The notes under the pieces: generated by a model
Seen by the model: only the letters and a program-made list of their open reading frames with translations
Database searches by the model: none
What the model was told of the DNA's origin: nothing
Origin: an uncultured Clostridium sp.
Lineage (GTDB): Bacteria > Bacillota_I > Bacilli_A > RF39 > UBA660
Length of the DNA stretch: 64,000 nucleotides
NCBI GenBank assembly: GCA_964589375.1
Contig: CAZPSA010000002.1
Location: 6,975 to 70,974, forward strand
Direction of reading: 5' to 3'
Shown here: positions 18,601 to 26,995 of the stretch, in pieces
How the letters are laid out: the number at the start of each line of letters is the position of its first letter
Numbering within the stretch: the first letter of the stretch is position 1
Made by a program: the position numbers and the translations under genes

Positions 18601-18707
18601 CTATTTTTTTCATTACTTAGTTCACTATAGCCACCATAAAAATAGAAACTTATTCCAAAAGCCATAATACATAAACTAAATAAAAGTATCAATCTTTTTT
18701 TCTTCAT
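15699..18707 (-). CDS. Large adhesin-like surface protein: Cys-rich domains, Ser/Thr linkers, about four cadherin-like beta-sandwich repeats, C-terminal TM
   Basis: Likely start MKKKRL at 18707 (GAAGGAGA); repeats L..I/L...F....Y...V...G..RxY; TM and basic tail. Confidence 0.75.
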   Translation of the reverse strand: MKKKRLILLFSLCIMAFGISFYFYGGYSELSNEKNSGAVNEEIMAANTYYKYVKTSDKYLTMCQLNVDCKWQSTKGGSSAWLVYSGNAIAKCDDTRYGSYKEDVCYNFYGGSNVMVAIYPAKKILSYSDNTSGGNTPSGSTGSSSSSSSSSNNNYILTCTIGTNSCIIEGETLKNKDNGLSADLCTKNTGSTYCYEASGSEAKVYWRGNSSSSGSSSSSTSDTVVIPIPETTEETFNAYFYANEGALYSGEDVYCGDKIYVTKCDSNNVCEVTSINNQKVMTTTKVYKSKLSSSSNINSCSNKTLYLKSGATAYTNQSLTTKSDALKCGSSINLGSSLGDLCDTNGSCKISASTGSINYVKITDLTRTKPSCPATTTTTKKPNTSTTKKNNTTSSKEESCTQSEVKANIKGEYKYTLCYTKVAENSYSTGKTGDNIENVKCADGYDRVYKEIENTCYNSTANTCHRTYNVSCTYIERPSVSTSGSIVRNDGLGTVKITATDNGNHGIKGYFISNGIEPSISSDWISFEDSSLVARENLGAGTYFVWVMNNKNRISYPSMSKVLDPDTSTTLQTIELKSEDGSETFDFRPIDDNTTAYHDTLISNGKYVNLANTLKNDSVLAGFDALTTAYELTVNKNKIAIYATLTSKDASYVEGFEPRTVDLEYGKNIQLIRIVNNNGKIRTYTFIINRVDDRESNNILSDIKISSGSIDFNPYVTNYDIKVSKKTTKVSINGTLESEKASFVQGYEPRTIELNGDSTSAVLKTVSEAGIVRSYVLTFIKGDVDETNIKDSTYLNSLSIPGTSLVFDKETYSYTVSVGYEVDRLPVYAFAESNNATVKIVGDNGFRVGSNLIEITVVNGKKTRIYSVYVNRKESGLSIASNTALSSLTVKNYSIGFKPEILDYTVKIKREKTLLITATAEDNRSEVYMYGNNDLNAFSIIKIKVIAENGDTKVYSLNIEKDKYNKKLEITAAVVGGVILVGASIIIMMKRKSNSKKDYIEG

Positions 18708-18761
18708 AAACTCTCCTTCTATCTTCAATATAATTTTAATACAAACACCCTTAAATAGCAA

Positions 18762-19316
18762 TTACAATTTAAACTTTCTAAACTTATTTACCTTAATTAA
18801 ATAATTAATTCCCGTTTCTGCTAGAGATAATATTCCATTAACAACAAAGAAAAACGCTAACATCAAAAGCTGAACACTATAATCATAATATAAATTAATG
18901 CTCGTTAAAATTCCTAATAAAAGAAATAAAGAAAACGTAACTAAATTAACATAAAACATTCCATCTTTTCGATCATGATAATAATCTAATTTTATAAGTT
19001 TAATAATTGACATAATTGCCACCCAAGAAAATAAAGTTATTCCAAGTACTTTAGGCTCATCAATATTTCCAAATTTATAGCCACTAACAGCAACTAAAAT
19101 ACTTGCTATCGATGTATACAAGCTTTCCCTATCTTCTGGATTTCTTGTTAAAATAAACTCAATCATCTTAAGTCCAGCATAAACACTAAATAAAATATAA
19201 AGTAGATATGTTGGTTTCATATTTTCTAAAAAAGTAGCACTAAAAAGAAGTATTCCTAATAATAATACTAGCGCCGAAAATATAACATTAATTTTTAATC
19301 TTTGCTTTTCTTTCAT
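18762..19316 (-). CDS. HdeD/DUF308-like six-TM membrane protein
   Basis: Six hydrophobic helices in two repeats; likely start MKEKQ at 19316. Confidence 0.5.
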   Translation of the reverse strand: MKEKQRLKINVIFSALVLLLGILLFSATFLENMKPTYLLYILFSVYAGLKMIEFILTRNPEDRESLYTSIASILVAVSGYKFGNIDEPKVLGITLFSWVAIMSIIKLIKLDYYHDRKDGMFYVNLVTFSLFLLLGILTSINLYYDYSVQLLMLAFFFVVNGILSLAETGINYLIKVNKFRKFKL

Positions 19317-19381
19317 CTTCTCACCTATTATAATTTTAAGACATAACAATTATTAAGTCAAATAAGTCCTAATAAAAGGAC

Positions 19382-22300
19382 TTATAAAGTTTCAAGCTCA
19401 TCCGAACCACTTTGGTTTCCATTTTCAAAACTCTCTACAAATTTAACATAATATGGTTTTCCGGCTTTTACAACAAAGCAGAAATTACTTGGTACATCTA
19501 ATCTCATTTCATTAATTTTCTGAGCAATTTTAATACTAAATTGATCATTTATTCCATTACCTAACCAAATACCAAAATTCCCATTACTATTATTGCGGTA
19601 CCAGCTTTCAATTTCAATCTTTCTAATTTTATCAATGCTATCTGCTATAACAAAATTAATAATCTCTAAATCTTTAGCTTTCTCTATCATCTTTGCAAAA
19701 TTCTTCCTATTATCATCACTAAGTTTACTCTTAAATGATTCAATCCCTATAATAAAGCAATATATTTTTTCAACATCTTTTAAAGCTTTCTTATCAGAAC
19801 CATTATCAACGTATATCTTATAATATTTTTCTATATGCTGATTTAGCTTAGTAAAAAACGCATCAAAATTACTATTTACACACTGATAACTTCCTTTTTC
19901 TAATTCTAGTTCCTCAGCATTAACAACAATTAAAGACGCTATTCTACTATATTCTACTTGTTTAAAAAGCGGATTTAAAAATTTAGTAACTTGAAGAATA
20001 TCTAAAGAAGAAATAACACTTATTAAATGACGATTAAAATCATATGCACACGGAGTTAAATTATTTTTATTAATACCAATTATAACTTCATTTTTATTTA
20101 AATATTTCTTTACTTCATCAAAATTAACTATATTAGGTAGAATTGGTATTTTATTTGCCCTTACTTTATAAGTTTTATTTATTTCTCCAATCTTTTCTCT
20201 TATAAAATCATTTACGTGAGCTTTATCTATAACACTAGCAGTTTGAAATTCATATACATCATCTATTTTAATTAAGCCTCGCCCAAATGTTTTAGCCGGA
20301 TACTTTTTATTTACATTGCCTAAAATTGTCATATAATCATCTTCATTATTTTGATTTAAAGCATACACTAAAGAAAAACTTTGTCTTAACTTATATCTTA
20401 ACCCATTTGGTGTTGATAACGTAAGAATAAAATATATTCCATATTTAGTACACTCTCTAGCTAATATACTTAGATTATCAACTAAAACCTCATACATTTC
20501 ACTAAATGATTCAAAGTTATTAATAACTATCGCAATATTAGGGACACTTTTTCCACTATTTTCAATATAATTAACATAACTCCCACCATAATCTGCAAAT
20601 AAAGCTTTTCTATCACTTATAGTGGAAACAACCATTTTAAATAAATTGTTAATTTTCTCTTCATCATCACTTTGTAATATATCTCCAACAATATAAGAAT
20701 TTCTAAAAATATTAAGAGCACCTGAGCCAAAATCAATTAAATAATAATTAATTTCACTAGGAGTATAGCTTATCATTGAAGAATATATCAAAGTTGTTAT
20801 AAAGTTTTCTTTTCCACTTCCTGCCGACCCGAAAATCAAAGTATTACCTTCTTTTGTTAATGGTAAAGTTAACAATCTTTGTTCTTGTTTATTAGGAACA
20901 TCATACTCGCCAATAACCGGATTTATTAAATACTTTTGATTTTGGTAATTATATTTTACTATTAAATCATCAGCCTTAATAAACTCAGGAATTTTTTCTA
21001 ACCATAATGACCTAGTTACAATATTTTTTTCTTTAGCAAGTTCATCCAAATATTTTACAATATTAATTAATTCTTCACCATTTTCCCTTACAACTATTTC
21101 GCTTACTTTTTTAGTTCTTATTTTTCTTGTTATATAACCAATATTATTTATAAAATCAATTGATGTATCTAACTCTTTAGTAACCTTATCTTTTGGTATA
21201 TATTTACCACCAGCATAAGCTGCCTGTCCCAAAGTAAAAACCTCATCATATCCTACTTGAAAATAAAATCTACCAGTTTGTTTTAAATATGCCGCATCAC
21301 TTTTCTTTATTACCTCATTAGAATCAGCCGTATCTTGTACTCTTAAACAAACTCTAAACCTTGTATTACTCCAAATCTGAGGGTCAACTACCCCACTTGG
21401 CTTTTGAGTTGCTAAAATTAAGTGAACTCCTAAACTACGTCCGATACGAGCTGTACTTATCAGCTCATCCATAAATTCTGGTTCTTGATTTTTAAGCTCA
21501 GCAAATTCATCACAAATAATAAATAAATGCGAAATCGGCTCAGTAACAGTTTTTTCACGATACATTCTTTGATATTTATAAATATCTATTGTACTTTCAC
21601 TAGTTAATTCCCTAGCTTTATTAAATAATGCTTGTCTTCTTTTTAATTCTGACTCTATTGAAGCTAAACTTCTCTTTATTTCATTAGCGTCTAAATTGGT
21701 TATAGTTCCCACTAAATGCGGTAATTTCAAACCAATATTTTTATTTTCGAAAGCTCCAGCTAAACCGCCACCCTTATAATCAATTAAAATAAATTGAACC
21801 TCATAAGGATGATAATTTAAAGCCATAGATAAAATATAAGTAATAATAAATTCCGATTTACCACTACCAGTCATACCAGCAATTAAACCATGTGGACCAT
21901 GATATTTTTCATGTAAATCGATTGAAATTATTTCGCCATTTTTTCCAATACCTACATCAGATGCCAAAGTTAAAATCGGATTATTCTTTTCCCAACGAAG
22001 AGGAGCATTTAACTGTTCTACTTTCCCAACATCATACATCTCTAAAAACCCTATTTTACTTGGAAGTTTACCCTCGTCATCATTTTTAATATCAATATAA
22101 ATATTAGCTAAAGACTTTACACAAGCTTCATAATCAACCATACTATCTAATTCCGGAACAAATTTTAAATTTGCATCAGGGCTTAATAGATTTTTAATTT
22201 CACACTCTTTATATTTGCTTGAATAAAGACTCATATCAATATAAGATGTACATTCACTAGGCATATTAGTCATTTTACTTTCTAAGACAAATAAACTAAA

Positions 22301-24022
22301 ACCATTATATTCTTTATTCTCTAAAAGATTTTTAATTAAATCATATTCTCTTATCTTTTTCAAACAATCAGTTATTATTAAATATGATTGATTAAATACT
22401 TTAGTATCATTATTCTTATAATTTTCAAATACCTTATTTAAATAGTAACAAACTTCTTTATATTCTTCATTATTAGCCCCAAAAAATCTAATTGATTTAG
22501 TATCATCAAAAATATGAGGTACTTGTTTTAAAAATTTCCAATCTTCTATTCTATCTTCATCTGTAAGAATTACTATTTTTAAATTATCGTAACTATGAAA
22601 AGCTAAAACTTGAATTAATAAACGTCTTACAAAATTATGTAAATTAGATAATCCAACTATTCCACTAATATAATTTGTTTTTAAAGAATATGGTATTGCA
22701 ACATTTTCAAGTATTTTAGGTTCCCTACCTAATTGTAACGCTTCATTTTTTAAATTATCTTCATCTAAGGAAAAACTTTCTTCTGGATAATTAATATTTA
22801 TCTTCATTGGATAGTTACCTGTTCCTAAATTAATCGTTAAAAAGTCAGCATCTCCCACTCTTTTTTGCCATAAGCTTGGTCTTTTATATATTATAACATC
22901 AGCAGCTTTTTGCGTATCTTGATAATACATATTAAGTTGCTCAGTTTGAGTTATTTTACTTTTATTAATTTCTTCTTTTTTTCTTTCAATGTATTTATGA
23001 TACTTTTTTTGTCTTTTTCTTTCTTTACTTTTCTTTTCATACTTTTGATACCATCTAGTAAAAAGTGGCCAAATAAAGATACTTGCGAACATTGCCCCAC
23101 ATATTACCAAAGAAGGTGTTGCGGCTTTTAAAGTTGTTGTACCATTCATTACATTATTAAGAGACTGATATCCCATTACTAAAGAAGTCATTGACATAGT
23201 AATCATTGGACCAATAGTTAATAAGAAGGGATTATCTTTATCATCCATCTTAGCTGGTGGAGCATCAATTTTTAAATTTAATGTTTCTAATATAGGTACA
23301 ATTCTAGGTTTCTTATAAAAATAGTCATTTTCATTATATATTGGAAATTCCAACTCATTTAGAGGCTCATCGTAAGAAGAATAGACAGACTTAATTTCAC
23401 CTAAAGGTAAAATATTTAATTTTATTTGACTTATCGTAACATTATTTACATATAATACTAATCCCCTACTATCAGAGGTTACTGATAAAATCATTTTCAA
23501 ACCCGAAATGAATATGACATCACCTATTTTAACTTTTATTCTTTTTAAAACTCTTATATTATTAACGTATACACCATTTTTTTGATCAGTAACAGTTAAA
23601 ATTATTTCATTATTTTCTTTTTTAATTAAAGCAGAATTTTGATCTAAGTTTGCATAATTAACTAAAGCATTATTGCTACTTCCAACTAAAAGTCCTTTTT
23701 CTAAGTATTCATTTATTTCATAACAATTATATTTTTCAGCTACTGGTGAGCAATATATTAAAAATATACTTTGCGTATTTTCATTTTTAACATAATAAAA
23801 ACCACCAACTTCTAAATAGACAGAAGGCTGCATAACATTATTTTTTATATAGTATACTTCTTTATTACTAATTAATTTCCAGCGGCCATTTTCAGCTTCA
23901 ATAGATATTAAATTACTTTTATTACCATTTATATCAATTCCGTCAATCCAAAAAACACCAGCAACCTCTTCTGGTAAAATAATGTTTTTTATATTATATG
24001 GCTTAATTATTGACACTCGCAT
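19382..24022 (-). CDS. essC: Type VII secretion ATPase EssC/YukB
   Basis: N-terminal FHA-like region (NGVYVN), two TMs, HGPHGLIAGMTGSGKSE, DEFAELK, RIGRSLGVHLILATQKP; second domain GSAGSGK; third domain degenerate. Confidence 0.95.
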   Translation of the reverse strand: MRVSIIKPYNIKNIILPEEVAGVFWIDGIDINGNKSNLISIEAENGRWKLISNKEVYYIKNNVMQPSVYLEVGGFYYVKNENTQSIFLIYCSPVAEKYNCYEINEYLEKGLLVGSSNNALVNYANLDQNSALIKKENNEIILTVTDQKNGVYVNNIRVLKRIKVKIGDVIFISGLKMILSVTSDSRGLVLYVNNVTISQIKLNILPLGEIKSVYSSYDEPLNELEFPIYNENDYFYKKPRIVPILETLNLKIDAPPAKMDDKDNPFLLTIGPMITMSMTSLVMGYQSLNNVMNGTTTLKAATPSLVICGAMFASIFIWPLFTRWYQKYEKKSKERKRQKKYHKYIERKKEEINKSKITQTEQLNMYYQDTQKAADVIIYKRPSLWQKRVGDADFLTINLGTGNYPMKININYPEESFSLDEDNLKNEALQLGREPKILENVAIPYSLKTNYISGIVGLSNLHNFVRRLLIQVLAFHSYDNLKIVILTDEDRIEDWKFLKQVPHIFDDTKSIRFFGANNEEYKEVCYYLNKVFENYKNNDTKVFNQSYLIITDCLKKIREYDLIKNLLENKEYNGFSLFVLESKMTNMPSECTSYIDMSLYSSKYKECEIKNLLSPDANLKFVPELDSMVDYEACVKSLANIYIDIKNDDEGKLPSKIGFLEMYDVGKVEQLNAPLRWEKNNPILTLASDVGIGKNGEIISIDLHEKYHGPHGLIAGMTGSGKSEFIITYILSMALNYHPYEVQFILIDYKGGGLAGAFENKNIGLKLPHLVGTITNLDANEIKRSLASIESELKRRQALFNKARELTSESTIDIYKYQRMYREKTVTEPISHLFIICDEFAELKNQEPEFMDELISTARIGRSLGVHLILATQKPSGVVDPQIWSNTRFRVCLRVQDTADSNEVIKKSDAAYLKQTGRFYFQVGYDEVFTLGQAAYAGGKYIPKDKVTKELDTSIDFINNIGYITRKIRTKKVSEIVVRENGEELINIVKYLDELAKEKNIVTRSLWLEKIPEFIKADDLIVKYNYQNQKYLINPVIGEYDVPNKQEQRLLTLPLTKEGNTLIFGSAGSGKENFITTLIYSSMISYTPSEINYYLIDFGSGALNIFRNSYIVGDILQSDDEEKINNLFKMVVSTISDRKALFADYGGSYVNYIENSGKSVPNIAIVINNFESFSEMYEVLVDNLSILARECTKYGIYFILTLSTPNGLRYKLRQSFSLVYALNQNNEDDYMTILGNVNKKYPAKTFGRGLIKIDDVYEFQTASVIDKAHVNDFIREKIGEINKTYKVRANKIPILPNIVNFDEVKKYLNKNEVIIGINKNNLTPCAYDFNRHLISVISSLDILQVTKFLNPLFKQVEYSRIASLIVVNAEELELEKGSYQCVNSNFDAFFTKLNQHIEKYYKIYVDNGSDKKALKDVEKIYCFIIGIESFKSKLSDDNRKNFAKMIEKAKDLEIINFVIADSIDKIRKIEIESWYRNNSNGNFGIWLGNGINDQFSIKIAQKINEMRLDVPSNFCFVVKAGKPYYVKFVESFENGNQSGSDELETL

Positions 24023-24075
24023 ATTATCCAGCCCCTTTATTATCTACTTGAATTATACACTATTTAATCCAAAAT

Positions 24076-24097
24076 AAAAAGAGAATATTTTTCTCTT
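24076..24097 (-). terminator. Intrinsic terminator between the effector gene and essC
   Basis: aagagaa/ttctctt stem with U-tract on the minus strand. Confidence 0.55.
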
Positions 24098-24101
24098 CTC
24101 T

Positions 24102-25496
24102 TTAAATAACGTTAATATTAGCATCAATCAAATTCTGAACAACAGCAGCACTCTCACTACCAGCTCTTCTTAATCCTTCGACATTATTTTCATGGTCATC
24201 TTTCGAAGGAGACTCATAATAAATGCAAACGTTTTGTGCGATATCCCTATAGCCTCTTTCAACATTTCCTGTTAACTGGTCATATATTTTTCCATAATCT
24301 TTACCATTTTCACAATTGTTATAGTTGTTTTTTAATTCATAATCGGCAAATCTCAATTGACCATCTAAAGAATATGGATCTAAATTATTTTGCTCGCAAT
24401 AATTAAATAGTTCACTTTGTCTACTTGGAGTTCTCCATTGACATATTCCAAATGCTTGTCCATCAGTATTATCATGTCTCGTTGGATCTAACGTATCATT
24501 TTCATTAATCATATTGGCTAAAAGACCTTTAGCTCCTTCATCTGTATAACCAAATTCATTTCTCATCATATTATAAGCATACATTATTCTTTCATCAGTA
24601 GTCTCACTAAAATAATTACTTTTTACATTAGCAGAATAATTTTCAGTAACAACTTCCTTAGCAATTTTTTCTTTATTTGGATTTTCAATTTCAACTATAT
24701 TTTCTGGTTTAACTGTTTCTTGAACCTCTACTTCAACTGGTTTATCTAATATTCCACTATTTATAATATTTAATTTTAAATCATCCGTAACTTCAATTTT
24801 ACCACTATTAATAGTATCATAAACTAAAGATGCAACAATGGTTCCATAGATGCTTTGAAGTTCTTTAAACTTTTCTTCAGGATTAACATCATTCAAAACA
24901 ATCTTACTTAATTCAACTACTAAATTAGCTTTTTCGTTTACTTCATTCCCAACATTAATTGATGAGTTATTTTCCTCATTTCCACTTGGTAAATAAAAAG
25001 TATTATTGTCGCTTTGCAAAATATCTAATATATACTGTGGTATTACTCCACCATTATTAATCGTTTGCTGAATAATATTTGCCCCATCAGCGCCAAACTT
25101 AGCGGTTAAAGCATCTACTCTCGTTTGACCAACACCATACGGATTATTCGCCGAATATATTTCATTAACTGCTTCATAGATCATTTCCGGAGTTAAAACA
25201 TTTAATACTGGACTAACACTAAAACCTTCCATTCCTTCAGAACTTATTCCACTTTCAGGAATTCCCAAGGCATTTCTAACAGTCCGTTCTCTTTCTTTTA
25301 ACAAAGCTATATTATTTAAAACATTATTTACTCTAACAGTCATATTATTAACTAGCGAAGCATTGGGAAACTCATGCAAACTCCCAGCCATCGAAACAAT
25401 CTCAGTTAATTTAGTTTTGCCGCTATTTACATAATCAGCACAATCATAAATATTTGTCTTAGCTAAATTATATAAATCAGCCGTATATTTAAACAT
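24102..25496 (-). CDS. Putative T7SS substrate with helical N-terminus and C-terminal phage-tail-type lysozyme domain
   Basis: No signal peptide; GAKGLLANMINE, AFGICQW, SLDGQLRF..YEL, YYESP motifs of the Phage_lysozyme2 family. Confidence 0.75.
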   Translation of the reverse strand: MFKYTADLYNLAKTNIYDCADYVNSGKTKLTEIVSMAGSLHEFPNASLVNNMTVRVNNVLNNIALLKERERTVRNALGIPESGISSEGMEGFSVSPVLNVLTPEMIYEAVNEIYSANNPYGVGQTRVDALTAKFGADGANIIQQTINNGGVIPQYILDILQSDNNTFYLPSGNEENNSSINVGNEVNEKANLVVELSKIVLNDVNPEEKFKELQSIYGTIVASLVYDTINSGKIEVTDDLKLNIINSGILDKPVEVEVQETVKPENIVEIENPNKEKIAKEVVTENYSANVKSNYFSETTDERIMYAYNMMRNEFGYTDEGAKGLLANMINENDTLDPTRHDNTDGQAFGICQWRTPSRQSELFNYCEQNNLDPYSLDGQLRFADYELKNNYNNCENGKDYGKIYDQLTGNVERGYRDIAQNVCIYYESPSKDDHENNVEGLRRAGSESAAVVQNLIDANINVI

Positions 25497-25508
25497 TATC
25501 TCACTTCC

Positions 25509-25901
25509 TTAATAACGTAAACTGTTTAATTCACTTTGCTTTAACGAAATACTATAATTAAATCCAGCTATTTTTGTTTTATATTCCTCAATCTTTCCAC
25601 TGCAAGTTGCTATAATAGTTGGAGCAATATTCGCAATTTCTGATAACTCTTCAGAAATAGAAGGAATTAAGTTCAAACCTAAAATACCATTATCAGCTAT
25701 AAATCCCCCATTTTGATAGTTATTTCCAGCACTATCAATACAATCTTTAGCCGAATTAAGAGTTGTAACAAAACTACTTATTTCGTCTTTAAATTGTACA
25801 TAATCATTAAGGTATTTTTCATAATATTTTTTTGTTAAATCAATTCCTCTTATTTCAGCAATTAAAGTATAAATTCTTTGCTGTTTTTGTTCACTCGTCA
25901 T
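25509..25901 (-). CDS. Small helical-hairpin protein, probable T7SS substrate partner (WXG100-like/DUF5082-like)
   Basis: 130 aa amphipathic coiled coil with central YQNGG turn; lies between the WXG gene and the effector. Confidence 0.5.
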   Translation of the reverse strand: MTSEQKQQRIYTLIAEIRGIDLTKKYYEKYLNDYVQFKDEISSFVTTLNSAKDCIDSAGNNYQNGGFIADNGILGLNLIPSISEELSEIANIAPTIIATCSGKIEEYKTKIAGFNYSISLKQSELNSLRY

Positions 25902-25916
25902 TAAATATTAATATCC

Positions 25917-26531
25917 TTATAATTGAGAAATATTTCCACATGCAGTAGCAAGATCAGATATAGCATTATCAAAATATGTTGCATACTTAGCTGTATTTTC
26001 TTTAAATGTTTCAAAAGACATAATTGCTTGCTGTCTATTAGCACCAGCTAACCAATTAGATAATAAGTCTTCTTTTTGAACTTCAAAATCATTTAAGAAT
26101 TTTTGATAATCACTGTAAATATTTCTTAAAGTTACTAAATCACTATTTAATAAATTTTTATCAACTGAATATTGTGCAGTCATTTCCGCAGGCGCGATTG
26201 ATGCCACCTCAATAATAGAATTTAAACGATCACCAATCATTCCCCCGCCACCATTGGCATTTCTAACCATTTGAATTGCAATAATTTTACTAGCAGCAGT
26301 TGATGTTACCATCATCGCATTGGATAGTAACGAACTAAGCCCATTATATACACTAATTAAATTATTAATGTGAGCAGTACCATCTGCACTAAGCCAATTT
26401 CCTTTCAAACTATTAATATTGCTTGCTAAGTTTGTTAATAATATATTCCCTTGCGTTTGAACAGTTGTATTTAAAGTCTTACATTGCTCATACCCTACAT
26501 CCAAATTATTAACTCTTATATCTTCTCCCAT
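25917..26531 (-). CDS. Tandem (double) WXG100-like protein
   Basis: Two ~100 aa helical halves, each with a central Trp turn (GNWLSADG, SNWLAGAN); strong GGAGG RBS. Confidence 0.65.
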   Translation of the reverse strand: MGEDIRVNNLDVGYEQCKTLNTTVQTQGNILLTNLASNINSLKGNWLSADGTAHINNLISVYNGLSSLLSNAMMVTSTAASKIIAIQMVRNANGGGGMIGDRLNSIIEVASIAPAEMTAQYSVDKNLLNSDLVTLRNIYSDYQKFLNDFEVQKEDLLSNWLAGANRQQAIMSFETFKENTAKYATYFDNAISDLATACGNISQL

Positions 26532-26681
26532 AAAAATCCTCCTTTATTATTATGAAATACTTTTAGGTAAGCATACCTTATTTATAAATTACCATTTTTT
26601 TTAAATAAAATAAATAAAAAACGTAAAATGATGTAAAATCATGTGTAATTTTTTAACAAAAAACAAATAATATTAGAAAAT

Positions 26682-26939
26682 CTAAATTATGATTAACTTA
26701 CTTCCATTTTTTATTCCCGCATCTTTTACAAATAAATTATTATCTAATTCTTTATATGTATCTCGATCAATAATTCTAACATCATCTATTTCTTTATTAT
26801 AAGAATTATTTGATAGTTCTTTTAGGCTCATAATAATAAATTTTTTAATTGTTCCGACTTTTTTATTATTAGGAATATAAATATCAAACTCAAATTCAAT
26901 CACTGGCACTATTATAGTTACTAAATATTTATTTTTCAT
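26682..26939 (-). CDS. EsaB/YukD ubiquitin-like T7SS protein
   Basis: 85 aa; FDIYIP, VKDAGIKNGSKLIII C-terminus; T7SS context. Confidence 0.8.
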   Translation of the reverse strand: MKNKYLVTIIVPVIEFEFDIYIPNNKKVGTIKKFIIMSLKELSNNSYNKEIDDVRIIDRDTYKELDNNLFVKDAGIKNGSKLIII

Positions 26940-26995
26940 AAATCATCAATCCTTATTATAAGTATAACATGGATTAAACAAACAAAAAAGTATTT

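Noticed and set aside
2443-25496. Prophage, suggested by two phage-type lysozyme domains
   Set aside because: No capsid, terminase, portal, tail, holin or integrase genes; both domains are fused into secretion-associated proteins
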